DNA from: an uncultured virus (IMG/VR IMGVR_UViG_3300042453_001749)
Taxonomy: Duplodnaviria > Heunggongvirae > Uroviricota > Caudoviricetes
IMG/VR virus record: IMGVR_UViG_3300042453_001749
DNA length: 64,000 bases
Strand: one strand, 5' to 3'
This document shows positions 25,658 through 35,956 of the stretch, one piece after another. How positions within the stretch are numbered: the first letter of the stretch is position 1; each line of letters starts with the position of its first letter. The position numbers were made by a program, and so were the translations under genes. Below the pieces are notes generated by a model. The model was not told the origin of the DNA. It saw only the letters and a list, made by a program, of their open reading frames with translations, and ran no database searches.

Positions 25658-27229
25658 ATGTCTGCAATAATAACTGACCAACTTAGGATTCTTAACGCGA
25701 AAACTTTTGTTTCTGATGTAACTTCAGATTCAAACTCATATTATGCCTTTATTGGTCTTCCAAATGCGTCTGAAATCTCACCAACTTGGGATATAAATCC
25801 ACCTTCGCCAAAAGATAATTTTGACGAAGAAAATAATTATTGGGATACGATGATTGCATTGAAAAAAATAACCTCAGATAATGTTAGGCAGGTTATCAGA
25901 AAAGTAACTTGGACATCTGGTAATGTTTATGATATGTATCGCCATGATATTAGTAGAACAAGGACTGCTAAACCATCTGGATCTACAAGTCTATATTCCT
26001 CAAATTTTTATATTTTAAATAGAGATTATAGAGTTTATATTTGCTTACAGAATGGAACTGATCCAGAAAATCCAGAGGGCAGACCATCTTTAGACGAACC
26101 CACATTTACAGACTTAGAACCTAGGTCTGCGGGAACGAGCGGTGATGGATATATTTGGAAATATTTGTATACGATTAAACCTGGAGACATTGCTAAGTTT
26201 GATTCTACAAATTTTATGCCTGTTCCAACAAATTGGAGCACAAATACTGATGATATAGCAATTAGAGAAAATGCTTCTTCAAGTGGTCAATTAAAAATTG
26301 TTACGATTACTGATAGAGGAACGGCAGTTGGTCCAGCAAATAGAATTTATACCAGAGTTCCAATAAAAGGAGATGGAACTGGAGCGGAGGCAACAATTGT
26401 AATCAATAATGATTCTAAAGTTGAATCTGTTACAATTTCAAAAGGTGGATCTGGATATACATATGGTACAGTTGATTTGTCTGGTGGAAATGTCCCACAA
26501 GGAACTGTAACTCCAAAATTTAATGTAATCATTCCACCAAAAGGTGGTCATGGTGGAGATATATACAGAGAATTGGGAGCATACAATGTCCTAGTTTATG
26601 CTAGAATTGAAAATGATATTCAAAACCCCGATTTTATTACTGGAAATAAAATTGCTAGGGTTGGACTAGTAAAAAACCCACAAAATTATAGTTCATCTAC
26701 TGTTGCATCTTCTACAAAATTAAGTTCGGTGGGTGCTATTATTTTGAGGGGAACTACGAATCCAGATGATTATAAAACTGCAGTATTTAACTATAATTCA
26801 ACAGTAAAACAAACAATTGGTACTGGAGTAACAGTAACTGCAAGAGTCATTTCATATGATCAAAATACTGGAGTATTGAAATATTGGCAAGAAAGATCTC
26901 TTGTTGGTTTTAATACCGATGGTTCAATTAATTCATCCCCAACATATGGATCTGAGTTCAATCTCAATAGATTTACTAAAAATATTTTATCTGGTGGTGT
27001 ACTTACCATTGTTGGTGAAACGTCCACGTTAGGCATTCATACAAGTTTTTCGGGTGTATCAACCACACTAAATAATAGAAAATATTACTTAGGTCAAACG
27101 TTTGAGTCTGGTTTATCAAATCCAGAAGTTCAAAAATACACTGGAGATATTATTTACGTTGATAATAGACCTTCGATTACTAGATCATTAAATCAAAAAG
27201 AAGACATCAAAGTTATTTTGCAATTCTAA
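25658..27229 (+). CDS. g8: Baseplate wedge subunit gp8
   Basis: MSAIITDQLRILNA...DGYIWKYLYTI...YVDNRPSITRSLNQKEDIKVILQF. Confidence 0.9.
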   Translation: MSAIITDQLRILNAKTFVSDVTSDSNSYYAFIGLPNASEISPTWDINPPSPKDNFDEENNYWDTMIALKKITSDNVRQVIRKVTWTSGNVYDMYRHDISRTRTAKPSGSTSLYSSNFYILNRDYRVYICLQNGTDPENPEGRPSLDEPTFTDLEPRSAGTSGDGYIWKYLYTIKPGDIAKFDSTNFMPVPTNWSTNTDDIAIRENASSSGQLKIVTITDRGTAVGPANRIYTRVPIKGDGTGAEATIVINNDSKVESVTISKGGSGYTYGTVDLSGGNVPQGTVTPKFNVIIPPKGGHGGDIYRELGAYNVLVYARIENDIQNPDFITGNKIARVGLVKNPQNYSSSTVASSTKLSSVGAIILRGTTNPDDYKTAVFNYNSTVKQTIGTGVTVTARVISYDQNTGVLKYWQERSLVGFNTDGSINSSPTYGSEFNLNRFTKNILSGGVLTIVGETSTLGIHTSFSGVSTTLNNRKYYLGQTFESGLSNPEVQKYTGDIIYVDNRPSITRSLNQKEDIKVILQF

Positions 27230-27235
27230 AAAATC

Positions 27236-30200
27236 ATGCCCCAAGAAACTAATCTCAACATTACTCCTTATTTTGATGATTTTTTAGCTGATAATGGTGC
27301 TAAGAAAAATAATTACTATAAAGTTTTATTCAAACCTGGATATCCAGTTCAGGCTAGAGAGTTAACTACGCTACAATCAATATTACAAAATCAAATTGAA
27401 CAATTTGGGAATCACGTTTTCAAGGAAGGTAGTGTAGTAATTCCTGGTCAATTAAATTATAATGATAATTTTACTGCTATTGAAGTTGAATCAGAATATC
27501 TTGGAATACCTTTATCTCAATATGTTGAGGATTTAGTTGGAAAGGAAATTGTTGGAGCAAGTTCAAATATTAAAGCAAAAATTTCATACGTTTTAGGTGT
27601 AGAATCTTCTCCTAGAGGTTACTACACGATTTACGTTGATTATACATCATCTGGACAGAACAATCAAGCAGTATTCCAAAATGGAGAAGTTTTAACTTTA
27701 GTTGATTCCTTTGTAAAGGGTGCCTTGGTCATTCAATCTGGTCAAGGATTTTGCTTAACTGCATCAACTAATGCAGCGTCTACTGGATCTTCAGTAGCAA
27801 TATCTGAAGGAGTGTACTTTTTAAGAGGAACTTTTGTCGATGTTCCAGATCAATTAATAGTTTTAGATCCATATTCAAATAGACCATCATATTATGTTGG
27901 TTTTGATATTGAAGAAGAAATTATAACACCAGATGATGATGAGAATTTAAACGATAATGCTCAGGGATTTACAAATTATGCAGCTCCAGGAGCAGACAGA
28001 TTTAAAATCAGAGCAGTTTTAGCAAAGAAAGATATAAATGAGCAATTGAATGAATCTTTCATCCAATTGATGGAGATTAGAGATGGTATAGTTGTATCTT
28101 TAGCTAGAAGAACTCAATATAATGCTCTTAGAGATGAACTAGCAAGAAGAACTTATGATGAATCTGGAGACTATTATGTAACTCCATTTAAAGTTTCCGT
28201 AAAAGAATCTTTAAATGATTATCAAGGAAATAATGGAGCATTTAAGCCAGGAAGAACTACATATCAAAACAATATACCTTCAGAAGATTTAGCAATTTAC
28301 CAAATTTCTCCAGGGAAAGCATACGTTAGGGGATATGAGGTAGAAACAGTTGGTGATATTATGATTGATATCCCTAAAACAAGGGATGTTAAGACTTTAG
28401 AAAATCAGTCAGTTAGTTATCTTACTGGACCTACCTATAGACTTATTAATGTTTATGGGTCTCCTCAATTAGGATTGTCCACTTCTTATACAATTTCATT
28501 AAGAGATAGTAGAGTTGGAACTTCTTCTATTTCTGCTTCTGGGAAAGAAATCGGTTTAGCTAGGGTTTATGACTTTGCATTAGAATCTGGATCTTATAGC
28601 ACATCTTTACCAGCAACTAATGAGTGGGATATATCATTGTATGATATTCAACCATATACTGAATTATTTTTAAATTCAAACCAAACTTTAACTATTCCAA
28701 CACAAATAACAGGAAAATCTAGTGGTGCAGTTGGATTTTTAAGACATGCAGTTACTGCTTCAGGAATCATAACTGCATATGATGTTAAAGGAAAATTTAT
28801 TGTAGGTGAACAATTAATTTATAACGGACAAGAGAATACTGGTATTACTACTGGTGTTACAAGTTATACATTAACTGATGTTCAATCAATTTATGGATCT
28901 GGAACTTCAGGATATTCAACGTTCTCAGGAGACATTAAGTTATCGACATTTAAAAATGTTGGTGCTGTAAGTATCACAACTTCTCATACTGGAACTATCA
29001 GCACGGTTAGATCTGCAACTTATGCATTCCCAACTAATGTAAAAGTTGGAGATATTGTTTCGTACACAACTCCAGGAGAAACTTTACCAACATATTCTAA
29101 AGTCACATCAATAACAAAAAATACTTTAGGAATTACTTCAACTGTTGGTGTTACTGGAGTTTCTACTGGAATTCTTCCAACATCAACGACAAATGTTAGT
29201 GACTTTAAGGTTTTAGGATCTCAACTTCTCCCATCTCAAGACAACACTTTATATACAAAACTACCTCAAAAGTTTGTATCTTCTGTAGACTCTTCAAAAT
29301 CCGATTTAATTATTAGAAAGCAGTACGATGCTTCAATCAGTGGTGGATTGATGAGTCCAATTGTAGCAGATGCTGATGAGACATTTTTACCATTTGATGA
29401 GGAAAGATATGTTCTAGTATTAGCAAATGGATCTGTTCAAGAATTGACTGAAGATAAGATTATTATCAGCAATGGCGGAAAACAAATTGAAATAATTGGA
29501 TTAACTAGTGGAACTTTCACTGGAAAACTAATCGCAACTCTTAGAAAGATTAATGTAAAGAGTAAAGTAAAACAAAAAAGAAGAATTAATTCAATTATCG
29601 TAGATAAGTCCACACTTCCACAGTCTGGTGTTGGTGATACAACTCTAAACGATGGACTAAATTATGGAACTGGTGGGTGGCCTTATGGAACTAGAGTTCA
29701 AGATCAAGAAATTTGTCTGTTAGTTCCTGATGTAACTCAATTGTATGGGGTTTATGAATCTTCTGGAACAGGAACACCAATTCTAACCAAACTTACATTA
29801 ACATCTTTAAATGGTCCAACAGCACAAACTGATGATCTTATAATTGGAGAGCAATTCTTAACTAAGAGTGGTGAATGCTTGGGAATTTATGTAAGTAGAG
29901 TTGATGCAAATAATATTGAAATAATTAAACTAAATGATAACTCAATAAGCACTGGAGAAGTAATTACATTCTCCGAATCTGGAATAGAAGGTTTGGTTTC
30001 AGACATTATAGTTGGCGACACTGATATTTCTACCAACTTTGACTTTTTTGCTGGTCAAGAAGATTCTATTTACAACTATTCTAAGATAATTAGAAAATTT
30101 GATGCTAGACCACCATCTAAAAAAATTAGAATTATTTTTGAAAGCGCGTACTATTCAGATAGTGACGATGGAGATATTACAACGGTTTCTTCATACGACC

Positions 30201-33200
30201 AGTTTAATTATAAAAATATTCCTTTAGCAGATTTTGAGACAAGTTGCTCAGATATCATTGATATCAGACCAAGAGTTTCTCTTTATAACTCTTCACAAGG
30301 AGCAAGATCACCATTTGAATTTTTAGGAAGAAATTATGCAAGTAGCTCAAACTCTGCAAGGAATGTTCTAGCATCTGATGAATCATTCTCTGTTACTTAT
30401 TCGTATTATCTACCAAGAATTGATAGAATTTACTTAACAAAGGATAATGGTTTTAGAGTCGTAAAGGGAGATCCTGCAGATAATCCAACTCCACCAATTC
30501 CAGTTAATGATTCTCTAGAGATTGCAAGAATTAGTCTTCCACCATATCTTGCTGATGTTGGAAAGGCAGTTATTGATATTACTGAGCATAAGAGATATAG
30601 GATGAGCGACATTGCTCGTCTTGAAGATAGAATTTTCAATCTTGAGTACTATACAACTCTGTCTCTATTAGAAACTAAGACTGAAAGTTTGTTTGTTCCT
30701 GATGAAAATGGATTAAACAGATTTAAGTCTGGATTCTTTGTGGATAATTTTACTGATGTTAGACCTCAAATTTTAACAGAACAACCAAGAAACAGTATAG
30801 ATGTTTCTTCTCAAGAATTAAGACCTTCTCACTATACAACTCAGTTAGATCTTCAACTAGGATCGAAATCAGTAATAGGTCTTGGAAGCACTAGTGATCC
30901 AAATATTGATACTAGATTTTTAGAAGATATTATTGGATCAAATATTAGAAAAACTGGTCAACTTTTAACTTTAGATTACTCGGATTCAGTATATCTAAAT
31001 CAACCTTTCGCAACTAGAGCAGTTCCAGTCACCCCATATCTAATTACATCATATAATGGTACAGTTGAATTAAATCCATCTTCAGATATTTGGATTGATA
31101 CTCAAAGACAAAAAACTCAAACTGTAAACATTGATCTATATACACCCATTAATAGTGTTCTTCAATGGACTTTGCCTGGTTACAATCCAGCAAATGGTTT
31201 AGGTCCAATAACCTGGGGATCATGGAATACAACTTGGACTGGATCTCAATCTTCATCTCGAAGAGTTAATGTTGCAAGGAATGGAATTAATCAAGTTACA
31301 ACAACTGTAACTACAACTAAGCAACAAAGAACTGGAACTAGACTTGATTTAAATCCAACAACTACAAGACAAGATTTAGGTGATCGTGTTGTAAGCAGCA
31401 CGGTTATCAACTTCATGAGATCTAGAAATATTGAATTTATTGCAAAAAGATTTAGACCATTTACTCAAGTATTCCCATATTTTGATTCAATTGAAGTTGA
31501 TGGATATTGCTTCCCTAAACTTATCCAAATTGATATGGTTTCAGGAGTCTTTAGCAGAGGAGAAACTGTTGTTGGAAATGTTGGATCTGTTGCTGCGGTT
31601 CCAAATAATAGAGTATCTCCAAGACCTCAAGCTAGATTTAGAATTTGTAATCCAAATCACAAATATGGAAGAATTACAAGACCATCTGACGTATTTACAA
31701 CAGATCCATATACAAGAACTGGATTAATTCCTAGCACATATTCATCAACATCTACTATCCTCAACGTAGATACGTTCAGCATGTCTGAAAAGGCTAATGA
31801 CCAACTATATGGACTGATTATCCCTGGGATGCGGTTGAAGGGTCTTAGAAGTGGCGCTGAGGCGGTAGTTAGAGAAGTTACTTTAGTTACAGATGAAGTA
31901 GGAACGGTCATTGGATCATTCTTAATACCAAATCCAAATGAAGCTACATCTCCAAAATTTGAAACTGGAATTAAAATTTTCAAATTAACAAGTAGTCCAA
32001 CAAATTCGTCTACTGATATTATTAGTAGTGGTCAAGAGCAATATTTTGCTCAGGGAACTTTAAATCAGGTTCAAAAAACTGTCGTTTCCACAAGAGCACC
32101 AAGATTTGATGTTGATACTGTAAGACAAAATAGAACATTAACTAGCACATCTACAAGTACAAGGGTAATTAGACCACCTGATCCACCACCACGTCGTAGT
32201 GGAGACCCATTAGCTCAATCATTTAGAGTTGATGAACCTAGTGGAGTTTTTATCACAAAGGTTGATCTATTCTTAAGAGATAAAGATCCAACTCTTCCAT
32301 TGATGGTTCAGTTAAGAACAATGGAAAATGGAGTTCCAACAACAAATGTTTATCCATTTAGTGAAGTTGTACTGGATTCTGCAAATGTAAACGTTTCTGC
32401 TGCTGGTACTGTAGCTACAACTGTAACGTTCCCATCCCCAGTTTATCTTAAGGGAGATACTGAACATGCAATTGTATTGATGTCGGACTCTGCTCAATAC
32501 TTTGCATGGTGTTCAAGACTTGGTGAAGTTGATATTACAACTCAAGGAGGACCAGAATCAAGGCAGATTATAGTTACAACACAACCAACTCTCGGATCAT
32601 TATTCAAATCTCAAAACGGATCAACATGGGATCCTAGTCAATATGAAGATTTGAAATTTACTCTGTATTCTGCTGATTTTGAAGTTAACAATCTTGGAAC
32701 TGTTAATTTCTTCAATCCAAATCTTGGAATTGGAAATGATCAAATCAGAAATCTGACGCCAGATCCTATTGAATTTATTTCAAGAACGGTTAGAGTGGGA
32801 ATCTCATCTTCAGTTACAGATAACGTATTTGCAGTTGGAAATACTATTGTTCAGGGAGGATCTGGAGCTACAGGAAAATATATTGGAATTGCAGGATCCG
32901 CTACTGGAACTTTAACAATTACAAATGCTGGAATTGGATACACACCAACTGATGGATCTTCTTACACATTTACCAATGTAGTTCTTTCTTCTGTTACTGG
33001 AAGAGGTAGAAATGCTACCGCAGACATTACTATAGGTGCATCTGGTGGTGTTAATGGAATTGCTATTGGTGCAACAATTGTTTCTGGTGGATCTGGATAT
33101 AACATTGGTGATGTATTGACTGCGACTAAAATTGGAAATCTAACTCTCGGAAGAAATGTTAGATTTACTGTCGCACAACTTGGATATAGAAATGAATTGC

Positions 33201-34717
33201 TCATTGATCAGGTTCAAGGATCATTCATCACTGGTACTGGATCAACCATTCGTTATGTTAACAATCTTGGAGTAACCACAGATCTAAATGGTATAGTTGG
33301 TGGAGGAATTACTGCAGTTTCTGTTGTTCAAGATAGTGAAGTCACTGATGGATATCACATTAAGATTAATCACAGAAATCATGGAATGCATTCCAGAACA
33401 AATGAAGTTATATTGAGTGGAATAGGAGCTGATTCAAATCCCGTAAGATTAAATGCAGATTATTCTTCTTCAGCGTCTTCAGATATTGCTTTATCAGATT
33501 CTACAATCTTCACAACATTTGAAGGAATTGGAATTGGAACCACTACCAAAGGTTATGCACTAATTGATAATGAAATCATCTCGTATACTGGTGTTAGTGG
33601 AAATACTTTAACAGGTATTACCAGAGGAATTGACGGTACTATTCCAAATACTTATGGATCTGGATCACTTGTCTACAAGTATGAAAATAATGGTGTATCT
33701 CTAAGAAGAATCAACAAAACACACATCTTAGATGATGCACAAGCAATTGATGCAATAGGTCTTGATCATTACTATCTAAAACTTGATATGAGTGGAAGAG
33801 ATGTTGGAACCGACAATGAGTTGATTGATCGTACATTAACTCAAAGTTTCCCAAGATTACATATTAACCAAACCAAATCTTCTGGTGGTGCTGCCGTTTA
33901 TGCTACACAAAACATAGCATATGAAATGGTACATCCACAAATTCAAGTGTTAAGTCTTCCTGGTACTGAAGTTAGTGCTAGTGTTAGAACAGTTTCTGGA
34001 ACAAGCATTAGCAATAGTTCAGAAATTTCTTTCTTAGATAATGGATTTGAATCGGTTTCATTAAATCAAGATAACTACCTTTCTTCACCAAGAATAGTTT
34101 GTTCAAAGGTTAATGAAGATACTAAACTTGATACTTTACCTGGAAATAAGTCTTTTGAACTTTCGGTTTCTCTTGGATCAGAAAATACAAGAATCTCTCC
34201 AGTAATTGATTTAGATAGAATTGGGTGTATTTTCACTACAAACAGAGTTAATAGTGTTGTTACTGGATTTGCTACAGACGGTAGAGTAAATACAATAATC
34301 AATGATCCCTCAGCATTTACATATGCTATTAAACCCGTTGAATTAGAACTACCAGCAACTTCAATTCGTGTAATTCTTTCAGCATATATTAACAATGAAG
34401 CTGATCTGAGAGCATTATATGCAATTGGAAATAAACCAGAAGAAACTTCTGTTTATAATCTATTCCCTGGATATGATAACTTAGATACCTCTGGATTTAT
34501 TGTAGATCCTTCTAAAAATAGTGGTCTTTCAAACAAAAAAATTCAAAAGGTTAATGAATATCAATCAGATAGTTCTAGATTACCCTTCAAGGAGTATGAA
34601 TTCTTCATCGATAATTTAACTCCATTCAGATTCTATAGTATTAAACTTATTGGTACTTCTACTAATCAGGCATATCCACCAAGAGTAAGAGATCTAAGAG
34701 TGATCGCTTTTGCATAA
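27236..34717 (+). CDS. Large virion structural protein, VrlC-like (DUF4815-like from memory)
   Basis: PYFDDF...VLFKPGYPVQARELTTLQSILQNQ; RFKSGFFVDNF; DPLAQSF. Confidence 0.85.
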   Translation: MPQETNLNITPYFDDFLADNGAKKNNYYKVLFKPGYPVQARELTTLQSILQNQIEQFGNHVFKEGSVVIPGQLNYNDNFTAIEVESEYLGIPLSQYVEDLVGKEIVGASSNIKAKISYVLGVESSPRGYYTIYVDYTSSGQNNQAVFQNGEVLTLVDSFVKGALVIQSGQGFCLTASTNAASTGSSVAISEGVYFLRGTFVDVPDQLIVLDPYSNRPSYYVGFDIEEEIITPDDDENLNDNAQGFTNYAAPGADRFKIRAVLAKKDINEQLNESFIQLMEIRDGIVVSLARRTQYNALRDELARRTYDESGDYYVTPFKVSVKESLNDYQGNNGAFKPGRTTYQNNIPSEDLAIYQISPGKAYVRGYEVETVGDIMIDIPKTRDVKTLENQSVSYLTGPTYRLINVYGSPQLGLSTSYTISLRDSRVGTSSISASGKEIGLARVYDFALESGSYSTSLPATNEWDISLYDIQPYTELFLNSNQTLTIPTQITGKSSGAVGFLRHAVTASGIITAYDVKGKFIVGEQLIYNGQENTGITTGVTSYTLTDVQSIYGSGTSGYSTFSGDIKLSTFKNVGAVSITTSHTGTISTVRSATYAFPTNVKVGDIVSYTTPGETLPTYSKVTSITKNTLGITSTVGVTGVSTGILPTSTTNVSDFKVLGSQLLPSQDNTLYTKLPQKFVSSVDSSKSDLIIRKQYDASISGGLMSPIVADADETFLPFDEERYVLVLANGSVQELTEDKIIISNGGKQIEIIGLTSGTFTGKLIATLRKINVKSKVKQKRRINSIIVDKSTLPQSGVGDTTLNDGLNYGTGGWPYGTRVQDQEICLLVPDVTQLYGVYESSGTGTPILTKLTLTSLNGPTAQTDDLIIGEQFLTKSGECLGIYVSRVDANNIEIIKLNDNSISTGEVITFSESGIEGLVSDIIVGDTDISTNFDFFAGQEDSIYNYSKIIRKFDARPPSKKIRIIFESAYYSDSDDGDITTVSSYDQFNYKNIPLADFETSCSDIIDIRPRVSLYNSSQGARSPFEFLGRNYASSSNSARNVLASDESFSVTYSYYLPRIDRIYLTKDNGFRVVKGDPADNPTPPIPVNDSLEIARISLPPYLADVGKAVIDITEHKRYRMSDIARLEDRIFNLEYYTTLSLLETKTESLFVPDENGLNRFKSGFFVDNFTDVRPQILTEQPRNSIDVSSQELRPSHYTTQLDLQLGSKSVIGLGSTSDPNIDTRFLEDIIGSNIRKTGQLLTLDYSDSVYLNQPFATRAVPVTPYLITSYNGTVELNPSSDIWIDTQRQKTQTVNIDLYTPINSVLQWTLPGYNPANGLGPITWGSWNTTWTGSQSSSRRVNVARNGINQVTTTVTTTKQQRTGTRLDLNPTTTRQDLGDRVVSSTVINFMRSRNIEFIAKRFRPFTQVFPYFDSIEVDGYCFPKLIQIDMVSGVFSRGETVVGNVGSVAAVPNNRVSPRPQARFRICNPNHKYGRITRPSDVFTTDPYTRTGLIPSTYSSTSTILNVDTFSMSEKANDQLYGLIIPGMRLKGLRSGAEAVVREVTLVTDEVGTVIGSFLIPNPNEATSPKFETGIKIFKLTSSPTNSSTDIISSGQEQYFAQGTLNQVQKTVVSTRAPRFDVDTVRQNRTLTSTSTSTRVIRPPDPPPRRSGDPLAQSFRVDEPSGVFITKVDLFLRDKDPTLPLMVQLRTMENGVPTTNVYPFSEVVLDSANVNVSAAGTVATTVTFPSPVYLKGDTEHAIVLMSDSAQYFAWCSRLGEVDITTQGGPESRQIIVTTQPTLGSLFKSQNGSTWDPSQYEDLKFTLYSADFEVNNLGTVNFFNPNLGIGNDQIRNLTPDPIEFISRTVRVGISSSVTDNVFAVGNTIVQGGSGATGKYIGIAGSATGTLTITNAGIGYTPTDGSSYTFTNVVLSSVTGRGRNATADITIGASGGVNGIAIGATIVSGGSGYNIGDVLTATKIGNLTLGRNVRFTVAQLGYRNELLIDQVQGSFITGTGSTIRYVNNLGVTTDLNGIVGGGITAVSVVQDSEVTDGYHIKINHRNHGMHSRTNEVILSGIGADSNPVRLNADYSSSASSDIALSDSTIFTTFEGIGIGTTTKGYALIDNEIISYTGVSGNTLTGITRGIDGTIPNTYGSGSLVYKYENNGVSLRRINKTHILDDAQAIDAIGLDHYYLKLDMSGRDVGTDNELIDRTLTQSFPRLHINQTKSSGGAAVYATQNIAYEMVHPQIQVLSLPGTEVSASVRTVSGTSISNSSEISFLDNGFESVSLNQDNYLSSPRIVCSKVNEDTKLDTLPGNKSFELSVSLGSENTRISPVIDLDRIGCIFTTNRVNSVVTGFATDGRVNTIINDPSAFTYAIKPVELELPATSIRVILSAYINNEADLRALYAIGNKPEETSVYNLFPGYDNLDTSGFIVDPSKNSGLSNKKIQKVNEYQSDSSRLPFKEYEFFIDNLTPFRFYSIKLIGTSTNQAYPPRVRDLRVIAFA

Positions 34718-34718
34718 T

Positions 34719-34940
34719 ATGAAAAATCATTTAAAAGTTGAAGGATACTCAAATTTAGTTCGTGATGACCACAATGGTGCTATTATTAATACAGATTTTT
34801 CCGAATATCAAAAGTATATTGCTATGAGAGAAGCAAAAACTAAGGAGAAGGAACAAGTAAAAACTATTGAAGAAGAAATTGATCAACTCAAATCCGACAT
34901 TAATGAAATAAAGTTCCTTCTAAGGAGTTTAGTAGAATGA
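34719..34940 (+). CDS. Conserved small coiled-coil protein (start ATG34719)
   Basis: KVEGYSNLVRD...GAIINTD...LKSDINEIKFLL. Confidence 0.8.
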   Translation: MKNHLKVEGYSNLVRDDHNGAIINTDFSEYQKYIAMREAKTKEKEQVKTIEEEIDQLKSDINEIKFLLRSLVE

Positions 34941-35140
34941 AACATGAAGATGTAAAATTGGAAGATTTTAGCAAATCTTTTGAATTTGAAAAACTATCTA
35001 GAGATATAGATAGTATAGATGATGTTGATGAACTAAGAAATTTAGTTAAATGCTACATCAAACTCTATATTAAGCAACAAGAAGTAGTAAGTCAGTTAGC
35101 ATTACCAACATGGCCCAACCAACTACCAGACAAGAGTTAG
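34937..35140 (+). CDS. Small helical protein, possibly NblA-like
   Basis: LEDFSKSFEFEKLSRDIDSIDDVDELRNLVKCYIKLYIKQQEVV two-helix pattern. Confidence 0.6.
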   Translation: MKHEDVKLEDFSKSFEFEKLSRDIDSIDDVDELRNLVKCYIKLYIKQQEVVSQLALPTWPNQLPDKS

Positions 35141-35952
35141 TAGATTATTGCAAGCGAAAACTCGGTTATCCAGTATTAGAAATCAATGTTGCAGATGAGC
35201 AAATTGATGATCTGGTAGATGATGCTGTTCAACTTTTTCAAGAAAGGCATTTTGATGGGGTTTATCAAACCTATCTAAAGTACAAAGTTACTCAAGATGA
35301 TGTCGATAGAGGTAGAGCAAAAGGAATTACTGGAGTTGGAATTGCATCAACTTCAGCAAGCGCAGGTATTGGTACAACAACTGTAACTTTTAATTACTAT
35401 GAAAATAGTAATTATTTACAAGTTCCCCCACATGTAATTGGTATCAATAAAATATTTCACTTTGAAGGATCTAATTCAGTTTCAAGTGGAATGTTTAGTA
35501 TTAAGTATCAACTATTTTTAAATGATATTTACTATTGGGGATCTACGGAACTTTTAACTTACTCTATGGTTAAAAGATATCTTGAAGATATTGATTGGTT
35601 ATTAACTACTCAAAAGCAAATTAGATTTAATAAGAGGCAAGATAGATTATATTTGGATATTGACTGGTCTAGTATTGCAGTTGGAGAGTATCTGGTTTTG
35701 GATTGTTATAGAATGATGGATCCCAATGATTATTCCAGAGTCTGGAATGATTCATTTATCAAACCATACTTAACTGCTTTAATTAAGCGTCAATGGGGTC
35801 AAAATATGATGAAATTTAGAGGTGTAAAACTTCCAGGTGGCGTCGAATTAAATGGTAGAGAAATGTATGAAGACGCTCAAAGAGAAATAGATCAGATCAT
35901 GGAAAAGATGTCGAATACTTACGAACTTCCACCATTAGACATGATCGGATAA
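35110..35952 (+). CDS. g13: Neck protein gp13
   Basis: YCKRKLGYPVLEINV...HFDG...QWGQNMMKF.GVKLPGGVELNG. Confidence 0.92.
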   Translation: MAQPTTRQELVDYCKRKLGYPVLEINVADEQIDDLVDDAVQLFQERHFDGVYQTYLKYKVTQDDVDRGRAKGITGVGIASTSASAGIGTTTVTFNYYENSNYLQVPPHVIGINKIFHFEGSNSVSSGMFSIKYQLFLNDIYYWGSTELLTYSMVKRYLEDIDWLLTTQKQIRFNKRQDRLYLDIDWSSIAVGEYLVLDCYRMMDPNDYSRVWNDSFIKPYLTALIKRQWGQNMMKFRGVKLPGGVELNGREMYEDAQREIDQIMEKMSNTYELPPLDMIG

Positions 35953-35956
35953 GCAT

